A DNA stretch of 64,000 nucleotides, taken from IMG/VR virus record IMGVR_UViG_3300034157_000063; one strand, given 5' to 3'. Of the stretch, positions 19,284 through 29,403 are shown in pieces (position 1 is the first letter of the stretch; each line of letters begins with the position of its first letter). This DNA comes from a virus. Taxonomy: Duplodnaviria; Heunggongvirae; Uroviricota; Caudoviricetes. A model generated the notes under the pieces. That model worked only from the letters and a program-made list of their open reading frames with translations. It ran no database searches and had not been told where the DNA came from. The position numbers and the translations under genes are program-made.

Positions 19284-20164
19284 AGTTTTTTAATCTCTGC
19301 TAACTTGGTAATTTTATTATCTTCTCTGATTATATAACTATCGTTGGTGTTAAGTGGTTCCTTGTAGTTTCTATTCCATTTGTTTGTTGATTTAAAATGT
19401 TCTTTTAGTTTATCTACATAGGGATCAAATTTATTAACTTGTCGCAATTGAAACATATTGAGAGTTTCTTTGTAACCAGCGTTGTGTTTATCTTCCAATA
19501 ACACTGACACTCTTGAATTCGCTAATTTACTATGATCTAACTCGTTATTTGAAAAGAAATTATAAATACCAAGCCCACGTCCCATTGAAATATAATTAGG
19601 ATTATGAATAATGTTGTCTTCTAGAAAGGCCATTATCATAAGAGTGTACGGGACTCTTAATCTATAGTTATTGTCTTGTTTTCCATTAAAATGATTCAAT
19701 AATGACCTATCGAATGTATTACTGAGTAAAGTCTTCTCGTGTTGCGAACTGTCATGGAAATGTACTATCATTGAGGCTTCTCTGGTTAAAATAGATAGCT
19801 TGTCATTTTCCAGATCTTCTTTCTCTATATTGTAAACAGGGTATTTATAAGAAGTCTTAGATAATTTATATTTTATTTTATCTTCGAGTTCTTCAGGTTG
19901 GAATATTGTATTAACGATAGAAAAGGGCACATCCGTTTCAATGGCTTGCATGATTATATTCAGATAGATTATTTTTATTTTTTCTATACAGCCATAAAAC
20001 GCAGTAGCCGAACGACATTCTTCCCAGTTGAGTATAAGGGGTTGTTTAGTGTCACTGTTTCCAATATAAATATCAGTTGATGAATAGGATAACTTTTTGT
20101 TTTTACTAAAATAGCCAATACTGTTGTTGTATTGATTGATTTCCCTTAATAACATTTGGCTCAT
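19274..20164 (-). CDS. Hypothetical protein, possibly a degenerate type IV coupling-protein (TrbC/IcmO-like) derivative
   Basis: YIGN...KQPLILNWEECRSATAFYG and SMGRGLGI recall T4CP segments, but there is no Walker A; AGGAG SD before ATG 20164. Confidence 0.4.
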   Translation of the reverse strand: MSQMLLREINQYNNSIGYFSKNKKLSYSSTDIYIGNSDTKQPLILNWEECRSATAFYGCIEKIKIIYLNIIMQAIETDVPFSIVNTIFQPEELEDKIKYKLSKTSYKYPVYNIEKEDLENDKLSILTREASMIVHFHDSSQHEKTLLSNTFDRSLLNHFNGKQDNNYRLRVPYTLMIMAFLEDNIIHNPNYISMGRGLGIYNFFSNNELDHSKLANSRVSVLLEDKHNAGYKETLNMFQLRQVNKFDPYVDKLKEHFKSTNKWNRNYKEPLNTNDSYIIREDNKITKLAEIKKLYE

Positions 20165-20283
20165 GATAAACTCCTTTTTAAATATCACTATTTTTACATT
20201 GATTTTTAATTAGTCAATTAAAACGATTGTCATTTTGGCGGAAATTTGATATAATTAGGCATATTTAATTATGAGGACATTTT

Positions 20284-21060
20284 ATGTCGATGACAGAAGC
20301 TGAACGTAAAGACTATATCCAACAAGAAATTTGCTCAGTAGCCACTGCTGGTATTGATATTGAACCCGAAGATAACTATACGCAACACAACATTGTCTAT
20401 TGCTTGAAACATAAATATTTAACATCGAAAGAATACTGGCTCAGTCATACTGATGATATGGCTCATCGTGGTATTCGTATTCATAAATCTAAAACCCAAC
20501 CATGCCCACGTCGAAATTTCGATGATCTTTTTACTTCTGTGAATAAGTTTAATGACTCACAAGCTCGCTATATTGCAAAGACAGTGGCTTACTTGATTGA
20601 ATGTATTACACCATCAGAACAAGACATTGCTGATACTATTCTGGCTCATTATGCAGGGCAGCATAAACAATATTGTTTTAATTATTATACATCAGTCTCG
20701 CATCTAGAATCTTTTTATGTCATTGACGACTATGTTAAGTTTCCAGATGAGGGCTTGTGTGAGCATATGAAAATTCACTTCAACTCTTATCGTGATGACT
20801 TTCACATTCATCGAAACATTCATTTCTATGTGATTGGGACAGACTTAATTTGCTCAGCCAGTATGAAAGGCACTAATTATGTGGTGGTTGATCGTAATCA
20901 AGACCATAGGGTGTTGGCCTGTAAGATTCTTGAATCCATACTTGAACCTTTGCTTAAAGGATTGGATTATAATCATGAAGATATTACGCCAGCTAATGTT
21001 AAAGAGTTCTTCAGTAAAATTGTTGAATTTAAACAATTGACTGAAATGGTTGATATTTGA
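20284..21060 (+). CDS. Hypothetical protein with C-terminal MxxI motif (QLTEMVDI)
   Basis: GAGGA SD; TGATATAAT upstream. Confidence 0.75.
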   Translation: MSMTEAERKDYIQQEICSVATAGIDIEPEDNYTQHNIVYCLKHKYLTSKEYWLSHTDDMAHRGIRIHKSKTQPCPRRNFDDLFTSVNKFNDSQARYIAKTVAYLIECITPSEQDIADTILAHYAGQHKQYCFNYYTSVSHLESFYVIDDYVKFPDEGLCEHMKIHFNSYRDDFHIHRNIHFYVIGTDLICSASMKGTNYVVVDRNQDHRVLACKILESILEPLLKGLDYNHEDITPANVKEFFSKIVEFKQLTEMVDI

Positions 21061-21104
21061 TCATGAATATCAAGCCATTCAGTAAAAAGAATAGGATGTT
21101 TTAA

Positions 21105-21950
21105 ATGCATTTAAATGAAAAATCAAAATTAGATGATGTTTTAAAGGTTCTCAAAAATGACCTCGGCGGGGATGATGTCGATGATGGTTATATCTATTCA
21201 CAAGCTTTATTAAAAAAGCTAACTTACGCTAATGAGCCATTAGAAATCAGATTTATTGATATTACAGGACTTGGGTTTTATTCACTGACAATGGCTGGTG
21301 CAAGTGTTGAGAATATGTTTAGTGGTTTGATGGCATTACATTGTAATTATAGTATTAATTTTGACTACTTTAATAAGGTAATGCGGGCTATCTCTGATGT
21401 GGCTTCTAAGGCTTACGTTATCAAGAAACCTTTTAAAGAAATCAATTTAACGGGATTGAATTGGCAAGACGCTTACATTCGTTATACCCGAACTGACAAT
21501 CAATCTCATCGTCACTCTTTTAATATTAATGGTGCTCATACCATTTTTAACAATAATAAAGTTTCTTATGACGTTGAACCTAGCTTGATGTACGAATCCA
21601 GTACGTTCAATGGTTGTATCGGTTATTTTGATGCTGGTAATCGAGACAATTCGTGCTCTGGTTTTGTTATGAGAATGCAGTGTTCTTGTCGATCTCTTAC
21701 TGACCACTCTTTTGCCAACTATTCATTTTTTGTTTCATTAGATGAAAATAATCCATTTATTTTAATGGAAGATGGAAAGATTGTAACAGAAGAACGTTTT
21801 AAATTTTACGTTGAACAACACTTATATAAGTTTCTTTATAGAACTTTTATTTCGACGGGTGTTGGGACAGATACTATCAATGAATTGAAAGCATTCACCA
21901 AAACTGAAATGCAAGACATTGTTAAAATACATGAGATGGTAAAAATGTAG
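21105..21950 (+). CDS. Hypothetical protein with C-terminal motif (KIHEMVKM)
   Basis: 281 aa ORF; AGGA SD. Confidence 0.75.
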   Translation: MHLNEKSKLDDVLKVLKNDLGGDDVDDGYIYSQALLKKLTYANEPLEIRFIDITGLGFYSLTMAGASVENMFSGLMALHCNYSINFDYFNKVMRAISDVASKAYVIKKPFKEINLTGLNWQDAYIRYTRTDNQSHRHSFNINGAHTIFNNNKVSYDVEPSLMYESSTFNGCIGYFDAGNRDNSCSGFVMRMQCSCRSLTDHSFANYSFFVSLDENNPFILMEDGKIVTEERFKFYVEQHLYKFLYRTFISTGVGTDTINELKAFTKTEMQDIVKIHEMVKM

Positions 21951-21957
21951 CAGGCAC

Positions 21958-21988
21958 AAAAAAAGGACTCGAAAGTCCTTTTTTTTTT
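21958..21988. terminator. Bidirectional terminator
   Basis: AAAAAAAGGACT-CGAA-AGTCCTTTTTTTTTT between convergent genes. Confidence 0.8.
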
Positions 21989-21993
21989 CTTTG

Positions 21994-22335
21994 TTATTGG
22001 TTGATTTCATTTCGTTCCAAGAGTGTCCAAAAAGTTGTCTCACCGACTTTAACTTCACGGACAAGCCAATCTTCAGAACCAATAGCATTCTTTGTCCAAT
22101 ATTCTTTAACATTGACTTTATCAGTCAGTGATAGACGCAGTGTAGTATAAGGTTCTTTCATGATGCTATTGGTATACCAAGGCGTTTTGTATTGAGCCGA
22201 AGTGATCTCTTGAAACGATATAAAGTCCTTAATGGCTATAATAGACGTAAAGATCAATAGGGCTACACCGATAAGAGTAAGTGTATTTTTAAATTCAGTT
22301 TTAAAACTCATAGCAACACTTTCATTCGCAGTCAT
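21994..22335 (-). CDS. Hypothetical single-TM protein
   Basis: N-terminal hydrophobic helix; GGAG SD. Confidence 0.65.
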   Translation of the reverse strand: MTANESVAMSFKTEFKNTLTLIGVALLIFTSIIAIKDFISFQEITSAQYKTPWYTNSIMKEPYTTLRLSLTDKVNVKEYWTKNAIGSEDWLVREVKVGETTFWTLLERNEINQ

Positions 22336-22493
22336 AAAAAAATCTCCATGTCATTTAATTAACATTATTATATCAAAAAATCAGTCTATAATCAATCATT
22401 ACATGGCTTTAAATGGTCTTTTTTATTTCTATTTTTCATTGACTAAATGTTGAAAATTTGCTATCATTTATTAATATTTATAGGAGTTATACA

Positions 22494-24071
22494 ATGTCCA
22501 ATATTTCAACCGAAGAGTGTAAAGATTTCCTTATCTCAAAATTTCCACACAGTAAACGTGCTCTTTGGAAACGTGAACGAAAATATAAAAATGACGCGGG
22601 TGATTGGTGTCGTGATTTTAGCAACCCCGATGTCGGTAATGTTTCACTGGTTGAAGTTAATGGCGTATTAGGCTTCTTTAAAAAGGCGGCAGCAACTACG
22701 TCCACCAGCACAACACAAACACAACAGTCAGCACCTGCACCTAAAATTGAATTAGGCACCCATGATATCTTTGTCAAAACATTTAGTAAAGATGACGTTG
22801 AACTGGCTAGTGATCTGGTTGATCATTTTGTCAGCACTTATAATGAACCTCGTTCGACGGCGAAAGGTTTCTTTGCAATACCTTCACAATTTACTTATTC
22901 CTTCACTGATATGGAGAATGATGAATCAGGCCGTATGTCCAGAGCTAATCGTAATTTGGATATCAATGCGAAGTTTGAAACATTTAGTCTCTATTTAACG
23001 CCAATTGAGCATGATGATTACGATCAACATTTGCAACCACTATTGCAACAATTTTTCCCACGTAACTCTGGTGAAGAAATGGAATGTGTGTTTGGTTTTT
23101 ATTATGACAACCCTATATCCATTAAAGATTTCGTGATCATGATGGCGAAACAAGGGTTTAAATATGAATTTGACCGTGATGATCGTTATGATGACCGTTG
23201 CTTGTTTAAAGACGTAATGAGAACTTTTAATTTTGTTGAAGGTCAGACGATTGAAGAAGCTTTCAAACCAGTTGTCTCATCGACATCAACTCAGTCAACA
23301 AAGGAGCAAGATAGTGTTTCGGTAGCCAAACCGAAGTTGGTAACGACAATTGATTTGTTCTGTAACATTGTTAAAGATGACAATGCGGTTGCTCTGGAAG
23401 AAGCTATTGCTGATGGGCTTGATTTGTGTTTTATGATTAACCGTATTTCAATGCACTCTTATTGCTTGAATAATGATTTACATGAATGCTTTAAAGTGTT
23501 GGTTCAACATACTCCTAATTTGGCTGTTGGTCACAATGGAGAGGCGAATACTGTATGGCGTGATGCTATTTTGTTTAATGATGAGAGTTCATTCAATTAC
23601 ATTCAATACCTTCTTGAACATGCAAACTATGACTTCACAAAAGAAAGTTACCTTGCAAACGCAGCATGTGTCTATTTCCTTCATTCAGTTGATAAGCTTG
23701 AAGAGAAATTTGATAAACTTAATGAAATGTATGCAGCCTGTATTTGTTATGCTAACGCTATTTCAAATGAAGATTTCTATAACAGTGATTTTGTCAAAAC
23801 ACAAGTGAGAAAAGCGTTATTTGATTATGCTGACTTCTCTAATGCTGATATGAACGTTGCGATTGCACTGACGAATGATGTTATTATTTCAGAAGTCTTA
23901 GATGTCATGATTGAGAAAGGTGATGTCTGTATTGCTGGTAAGACGCTTCGTGTCTACTTGACAATGGTTGTTGACCGCTTCAAACATGGTTTCTGGGGTT
24001 ATGATGAAATCGAACGTAAAGACAATATTGTTTATTATGAAAATGCATTGAAAAAAATTGCGGGACTTTAA
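22494..24071 (+). CDS. Multi-domain hypothetical protein with Thr/Ser linkers and ankyrin-like helical C-terminal part
   Basis: ORF 22458..24071; AGGAG SD before ATG 22494; ECFKVLVQH and IQYLLEH ankyrin-like helices. Confidence 0.65.
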   Translation: MSNISTEECKDFLISKFPHSKRALWKRERKYKNDAGDWCRDFSNPDVGNVSLVEVNGVLGFFKKAAATTSTSTTQTQQSAPAPKIELGTHDIFVKTFSKDDVELASDLVDHFVSTYNEPRSTAKGFFAIPSQFTYSFTDMENDESGRMSRANRNLDINAKFETFSLYLTPIEHDDYDQHLQPLLQQFFPRNSGEEMECVFGFYYDNPISIKDFVIMMAKQGFKYEFDRDDRYDDRCLFKDVMRTFNFVEGQTIEEAFKPVVSSTSTQSTKEQDSVSVAKPKLVTTIDLFCNIVKDDNAVALEEAIADGLDLCFMINRISMHSYCLNNDLHECFKVLVQHTPNLAVGHNGEANTVWRDAILFNDESSFNYIQYLLEHANYDFTKESYLANAACVYFLHSVDKLEEKFDKLNEMYAACICYANAISNEDFYNSDFVKTQVRKALFDYADFSNADMNVAIALTNDVIISEVLDVMIEKGDVCIAGKTLRVYLTMVVDRFKHGFWGYDEIERKDNIVYYENALKKIAGL

Positions 24072-24230
24072 CTATTACATTAACCCACTTCGGTGGGTTT
24101 TATATTAAAAAAATGGAGTATAGAAATGACTGTCATTTGAAAATGCAGTTATTTCATAAACAACTTATCGTTGATTGTGGTATTAAAATATGCTATAATT
24201 AACCAAATTTTAACCCTTTAAGGTAAATAA

Positions 24231-25133
24231 ATGACTCATTTAAAAGAATTGTACCCAACCATTGACCCCAAGTATCAGATTGTTTATAAAAATGAACGTT
24301 CATTATTGGGTAAATCAGAAGATCTGCACTATTTGATTAATAAAGCTGATAATGCCGTTGTTGTGATGGACAGCAATAAACATCCTAACCATATGGGGAT
24401 TTTTGTTTTCAGAGATAATCTCTTGGTTAACAGTTTTAATGTGAAGCACCTTTTTATTAGTCAGCATACTAGCTATACCCCAGAAGGCATTGAACAAGAG
24501 CGTTGGAAAATGTATGTTGAATTTCTCGAACCTTATTATTCAAATGATTGTGCTATCCAGTTAGGCACTGTTATTAATGATCAAGTGAATCATTTTATGA
24601 AAAGCGTAGCATATTATAAAGTGCATATTAATTTTGTCCAAGAACATGGTCAACAAGTTTTAAATAATATTGAAATTGAAGATAAAGTCTATAATTTTAA
24701 GTATAAAGCCATTGTTCGTGATGGACTTGTTTACTTTACAATGATGTTTAACGACGACCCAGACCAAGAAGAATTTGTTAAAGGTAAGTTTAATCTGCAG
24801 GACTATACGCATTATGAGTCAGCCGGTGGTTATGTGATTGATTCTTTTGCAGGTGACTGGTTTATTGCTGAGACACACTATGATCCTTATTTGAAGCTTT
24901 ATCAATACAAAACTGTTCGTTATGAGGATTCAAAAGTACTAAAAGACAGCGACCTACTGAAAGACTATCAGGAGTATGATGTTAACTTTATTTTCAATTT
25001 TATCTATGATAGTGTGATTATTCATCATCCAAAACACAGTTTTATTGAAAAGCTAGTTGAATTGTCTATTTTGAGTGATGGTGAAAAATTGACCCATGAA
25101 CACATGAATATTTATGCTATGGCAACCATTTAG
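24231..25133 (+). CDS. Hypothetical protein with C-terminal MxxI motif (NIYAMATI)
   Basis: 300 aa ORF; TTGATT..TGCTATAAT promoter. Confidence 0.75.
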   Translation: MTHLKELYPTIDPKYQIVYKNERSLLGKSEDLHYLINKADNAVVVMDSNKHPNHMGIFVFRDNLLVNSFNVKHLFISQHTSYTPEGIEQERWKMYVEFLEPYYSNDCAIQLGTVINDQVNHFMKSVAYYKVHINFVQEHGQQVLNNIEIEDKVYNFKYKAIVRDGLVYFTMMFNDDPDQEEFVKGKFNLQDYTHYESAGGYVIDSFAGDWFIAETHYDPYLKLYQYKTVRYEDSKVLKDSDLLKDYQEYDVNFIFNFIYDSVIIHHPKHSFIEKLVELSILSDGEKLTHEHMNIYAMATI

Positions 25134-25184
25134 GTTGCTTTTTTACACAAATTTTAGGTATAAAAAAAGCCACATCTCTGTGGC

Positions 25185-25796
25185 TTATTTGTATTGTGTG
25201 TTACGGTGTCTTTTCCAATTTCTGATACGCCAGTCGCTTCTTCCTTCGTCATCCCATGCAGTAGTGATAACACCTTTTGGTCTGCGATTTTTGACGTTGA
25301 ATTCAATTTCATCTTCATCAACTTCGCTGGTAGCATCTTTAAGCAAGGAAAGCGTTTGTGGTTTTCTGCGATAGCGGTAACGTCCGCGTTTCCCAGTATG
25401 AGGCACAGCACCTTCACCATTCCAAAACTGTTTACCGTAACCGATGTAAGTTTTTTCTTTCTTTTCTTTGAAAACAAACTCAGCAAAGTCAAGCACAGAA
25501 AGCTGTTCGTTGTATTCATTTTTGAGGATGAAATCACCGTATACTTTCATTTCGCCATAACGGTTAAGCTTTTTGTAAAGCTCACCGTAAGTTTGTCCCA
25601 ATCCTTCGTGTTTCTTTTTGGCAAAGCGACGGTTGGCATAACCATCCCAAATTTTGTCACGATCAGGGGACGCAAGTTCCACTGCTAACGAGTAGACAAT
25701 GAAGTTGTATCCCAACTTGTTAAATGCTTCTGCCTTATTTTGGTAGGTATTAACGATACCTTCCTTGTTGATAAGGTAAATAACTTCTGTTTTCAT
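25185..25796 (-). CDS. Basic hypothetical protein ending WDDEGRSDWRIRNWKRHRNTQYK; homolog of 41274..41858
   Basis: AGGAG SD; shared [NS]WK..[RK]..Q[YW] C-terminus. Confidence 0.75.
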   Translation of the reverse strand: MKTEVIYLINKEGIVNTYQNKAEAFNKLGYNFIVYSLAVELASPDRDKIWDGYANRRFAKKKHEGLGQTYGELYKKLNRYGEMKVYGDFILKNEYNEQLSVLDFAEFVFKEKKEKTYIGYGKQFWNGEGAVPHTGKRGRYRYRRKPQTLSLLKDATSEVDEDEIEFNVKNRRPKGVITTAWDDEGRSDWRIRNWKRHRNTQYK

Positions 25797-25817
25797 AAAG
25801 ACTCCTATTAAGTTTCC

Positions 25818-25862
25818 TTAATATTTGTCTACGATCACCTTTAATTCGTATTTGAAAAACAT
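25818..25862 (-). CDS. Putative leader peptide MFFKYELKVIVDKY
   Basis: GAGGA SD 8 nt upstream; stops 21 nt before the start of 25185..25796. Confidence 0.5.
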   Translation of the reverse strand: MFFKYELKVIVDKY

Positions 25863-25983
25863 AATGTGCTTCCTCTTTAATATGTTGCCATTATAACTGT
25901 TTTGATGATAACAATCAAGCGTTTTCTTTACATAATATTTTTTTTTGGTATGATGTAAAAATTATATAAATTGGAGCCTTTAC

Positions 25984-26565
25984 ATGCACGCTACATCTTT
26001 AATTCGTCAAAGTATATTGTTATGCTTTGCAGCCGGACTGTCATTCACTGCTATGGCAGATACCCCATCTGATAATTTTAAGCCTGCTTACAATGTCCAA
26101 GGACTTGATACACAATTCATTGATATTCCCCCAGAGAAAAAAGTTACATCCATTGATATGAACCTTCTGGGTCTAAAGGATACTGTTGTTTCTTTTAGAG
26201 AACGTCATCAAGAAGATTTGTTTGAGGTTTTGTGTATCACTAAAAAGCCATTTTTCGGCAAGGCTCATCATAGTCTGGTGTGTGTTAACGAATTGAAAGA
26301 ACTGGGTGAAAAACACACCTTTGATGGTCAAAATTTTGGTAATTTCATGGATGAGCCGACTGTCATTAACGTTGAGCCGGGATTTAAAGTGACTAAAATT
26401 AACTTTGATGTGGATATTGGCAGTGAACCTACGTTTGAAGTCGATAGAATGTTAGACAGTGATTTCCCAGAAGTTTACACGTTGGTCAGAATTGACCCAC
26501 AAACTAATGCATGGAATGGCAGTCGTCAATTCGTTGTTAAAGAAGGTGCTAATCCAAAAGAGTAA
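25984..26565 (+). CDS. Exported protein with signal peptide
   Basis: ...LLCFAAGLSFTAMA-D signal peptide; GGAG SD. Confidence 0.7.
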   Translation: MHATSLIRQSILLCFAAGLSFTAMADTPSDNFKPAYNVQGLDTQFIDIPPEKKVTSIDMNLLGLKDTVVSFRERHQEDLFEVLCITKKPFFGKAHHSLVCVNELKELGEKHTFDGQNFGNFMDEPTVINVEPGFKVTKINFDVDIGSEPTFEVDRMLDSDFPEVYTLVRIDPQTNAWNGSRQFVVKEGANPKE

Positions 26566-26620
26566 TGTTGATAATTAAGTAGTTGTATGCTATAATCTTT
26601 CAACTTTTGCGAGGTTAACT

Positions 26621-27493
26621 ATGCAACTACACGATTACTACAAAAAATATGGACAATCTTTCCTGACTGCGGATGAATTCCTTACGCACTGGGGCGAATC
26701 TGTTCAATTTAAATTAATGGACAATCGTGTCTGTGCCAGTCCACTTTACATTCGCAAGCTTGTCACTGACAAATTAAACTCTTTGTTTAAAATTGATTCA
26801 GTATCTGATGAAATTCATCACAAGATGATGACTGCTTATTTCGAAGCTTTGATTGAATTCAATATTATTCCTTTGGAGACTGAGTTTAAAGATAACTTAC
26901 ACTTTGATTCAGATAAAGTTCGTATTTTCCAGAAAGGATTCCTTAATTTCCGTAGACCAAAAACTTTAGCCTTTCCACATGAGTTTGAGACTCAACACTT
27001 GGTTGATCGGGTTATTTTTAATAATGCCATTTTCATTGATGATAAAAGTCAATACAACTTTTACACCATTATGTCTAATTACGGTAATGGTAATGTTGAT
27101 AATGAGTTCATGAAATTCTCTTATTACATTATTGATGGTGTTTTTCATTTTCAAGCCCCTAAATCAGCAGATAAAATGCAAGTGATTGTTTCTATGCCTG
27201 TTGATGAAATAAATGACCATTATGACCACTTCAAGCAGTTAATAAAGAAAAAATTGTTTACCACCTTTTATGAAAACATCAGTAAAATTGTTTTCAGACG
27301 AGTGTTAGACTTTGACACCTTTAATTCGAAACATTTAGCGGTTTTAATTATGTTGGGTGGTCAACCTATTCGAGAGTTGATGTCGTTTATGGAAGAAAAT
27401 GAGTACTTGAATGATATATTCTCGTTAAACGATGATGAGATCTATGAACTTTACAAAGTTTCTTTAACCACTTTTGAGATGATAAAAATATGA
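26621..27493 (+). CDS. Hypothetical protein with C-terminal MxxI motif (TTFEMIKI)
   Basis: GAGGT SD; TTGATA..TGCTATAAT promoter. Confidence 0.75.
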   Translation: MQLHDYYKKYGQSFLTADEFLTHWGESVQFKLMDNRVCASPLYIRKLVTDKLNSLFKIDSVSDEIHHKMMTAYFEALIEFNIIPLETEFKDNLHFDSDKVRIFQKGFLNFRRPKTLAFPHEFETQHLVDRVIFNNAIFIDDKSQYNFYTIMSNYGNGNVDNEFMKFSYYIIDGVFHFQAPKSADKMQVIVSMPVDEINDHYDHFKQLIKKKLFTTFYENISKIVFRRVLDFDTFNSKHLAVLIMLGGQPIRELMSFMEENEYLNDIFSLNDDEIYELYKVSLTTFEMIKI

Positions 27494-28236
27494 CTACAAT
27501 CACGTCGAGTGCCAAACATAAACTTGAACATGATATTTTGGCGGAATTTCCTGAATTTGCTAAGAAGATTGGCTTGAATGGTTATTCTTATATGAAGTTG
27601 AATGAAGATAAGGATATGTTTCATATGAATGACAAAGATAAAACTTATTTGTTCACACCTTCGTATAAACTTGATGAAGGCTTTGGTGATTTTGATGCCG
27701 GTCATCCTGTTGAATTTAAAATGGTAGCCACTCTGTTTAAAGACGACACATTGAAAATTAATAATATAGATTTCGAATTCCATGATAATGATGACCATCT
27801 ATTAAAACAATTAGTTCATTTGCATGACCTCACCAATTATTTAGCTAATTTTAAAGAATTGTCATCTTTTATTTTGGCTCGTTCTGATATTGTTGAGCAC
27901 TTGGCACCCACATTGAAATTTAATTTTGAGGGTGTCTTGATTGAGCTTGGGGGCGTTTTTAAATATTCTGAAAGTTATCTGCATGGACCTTCATCCGCAA
28001 GAAGCAGTAATCGTTATTATACCAATTCATTAAGTCTTTATAATGAGGATTATAATAGATTCTATAAGATTACGAACCCACAAGAAGCCCTGATATTTGC
28101 TAAAATGTCTTTTTTAAGTATTCATGATGAAAATATTCAAGAGTTATTTGACACAGAAGACTGGGAAGATTTGTATAATAAATTTAAAGACAATCCAGAA
28201 GCATTTTTAAGTTTATATGACATGACAAAAATTTAA
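27490..28236 (+). CDS. Hypothetical protein with C-terminal MxxI motif (SLYDMTKI)
   Basis: ATGA overlap with the upstream gene. Confidence 0.75.
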   Translation: MTTITSSAKHKLEHDILAEFPEFAKKIGLNGYSYMKLNEDKDMFHMNDKDKTYLFTPSYKLDEGFGDFDAGHPVEFKMVATLFKDDTLKINNIDFEFHDNDDHLLKQLVHLHDLTNYLANFKELSSFILARSDIVEHLAPTLKFNFEGVLIELGGVFKYSESYLHGPSSARSSNRYYTNSLSLYNEDYNRFYKITNPQEALIFAKMSFLSIHDENIQELFDTEDWEDLYNKFKDNPEAFLSLYDMTKI

Positions 28237-28287
28237 CAATTCTTAATTTTATGCTATAATAAAGCAACTATTTAATGGAGTTTTAAC

Positions 28288-29403
28288 ATGAAAGATCTTG
28301 ATTATTCAATTATATTCAAAGCTGCCCATACATTGATGTTTGATGTTGATCCTGTAAAAGCTGAATCTGACGTTCATTATTTGGAAAAAGAAGAAGTGGC
28401 CTTTTTTGATACTTATTTCAAAGCAACTGTCATGACGAAGAAAGTTAATCTTCAAGGTCATCACAGAGGTGTATATGATGGGCTTACTTTGCAAGAAATT
28501 AAAGACACAATGGAATATGATTACCTTGTACAACGTTATTGTGACCAAATCAAATTTTTGATTTCTTATCAACTTTTTGGAGAGATCTTAAAACATAAAG
28601 AAGAACTTAAAAATGATACAGATAACGTTATCCAAGATAAAATCATAACAGCATTCATCAGAACATTTGATGCCTCTTTTTTGAAGGTTGATCATTATTG
28701 TTTTGTTTGTGGTGTTACCACTAAGTCATCATTCAAAAATGGGCTGTTTACTAGCGTTGTTTCAGAAGATAGCCGAATGGGTAAGTTTGAAGGACATCAG
28801 CCTTGTAAACTAACAAAAGGTATTGATGAATACACTTACAAACTCAATATCCCATCAGGAAAAATGTTGTTTGCTAATGACCTTCGTGAATTATTCCCAG
28901 AATTTTCTCGTTTTGAAGCTGATAAGTATATTACTGAAAAATCAGGTTACACCAATAGTATCAATAGTGAGCTAGGTGTAATGTATACACAAGAGTTTTG
29001 GAACAATCATGGTATGATTTATGTCCAAGTTGGGAATACTTCTCCACATGTATTTCAAGATTCCATTACAAAAAATATTGAAGTAAAATTTGAATCCATT
29101 TATACACCACGAGAAGTTGAAGAGGATCTTGATAGTGACGATGATGAAGATCCTGATTATGTAAAAAACTATACAGATACTGAAAAAGATTTGGGTTATG
29201 TTTGCACCGATCTTTGGGCTGTGTGTGCAATTGATCATGATTTGATGAAAGATCTTTGTAAGAAACATAAGATTGATTTTAAAGAATTGTCAGGTAGTTG
29301 CATTACCGTGAATGTTGAGCCGGGTGAATACAATGTACGTTCATTTAATGCGTCTCATGATTCCAGTAAGAATACATTCTTTTCTGTATCAAAGGCCGAA
29401 TGA
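28288..29403 (+). CDS. Hypothetical protein (CxxC; IPSGKMLFANDLR; CTDLWAVCAID)
   Basis: 371 aa ORF; GGAG SD; TGCTATAAT upstream. Confidence 0.75.
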   Translation: MKDLDYSIIFKAAHTLMFDVDPVKAESDVHYLEKEEVAFFDTYFKATVMTKKVNLQGHHRGVYDGLTLQEIKDTMEYDYLVQRYCDQIKFLISYQLFGEILKHKEELKNDTDNVIQDKIITAFIRTFDASFLKVDHYCFVCGVTTKSSFKNGLFTSVVSEDSRMGKFEGHQPCKLTKGIDEYTYKLNIPSGKMLFANDLRELFPEFSRFEADKYITEKSGYTNSINSELGVMYTQEFWNNHGMIYVQVGNTSPHVFQDSITKNIEVKFESIYTPREVEEDLDSDDDEDPDYVKNYTDTEKDLGYVCTDLWAVCAIDHDLMKDLCKKHKIDFKELSGSCITVNVEPGEYNVRSFNASHDSSKNTFFSVSKAE

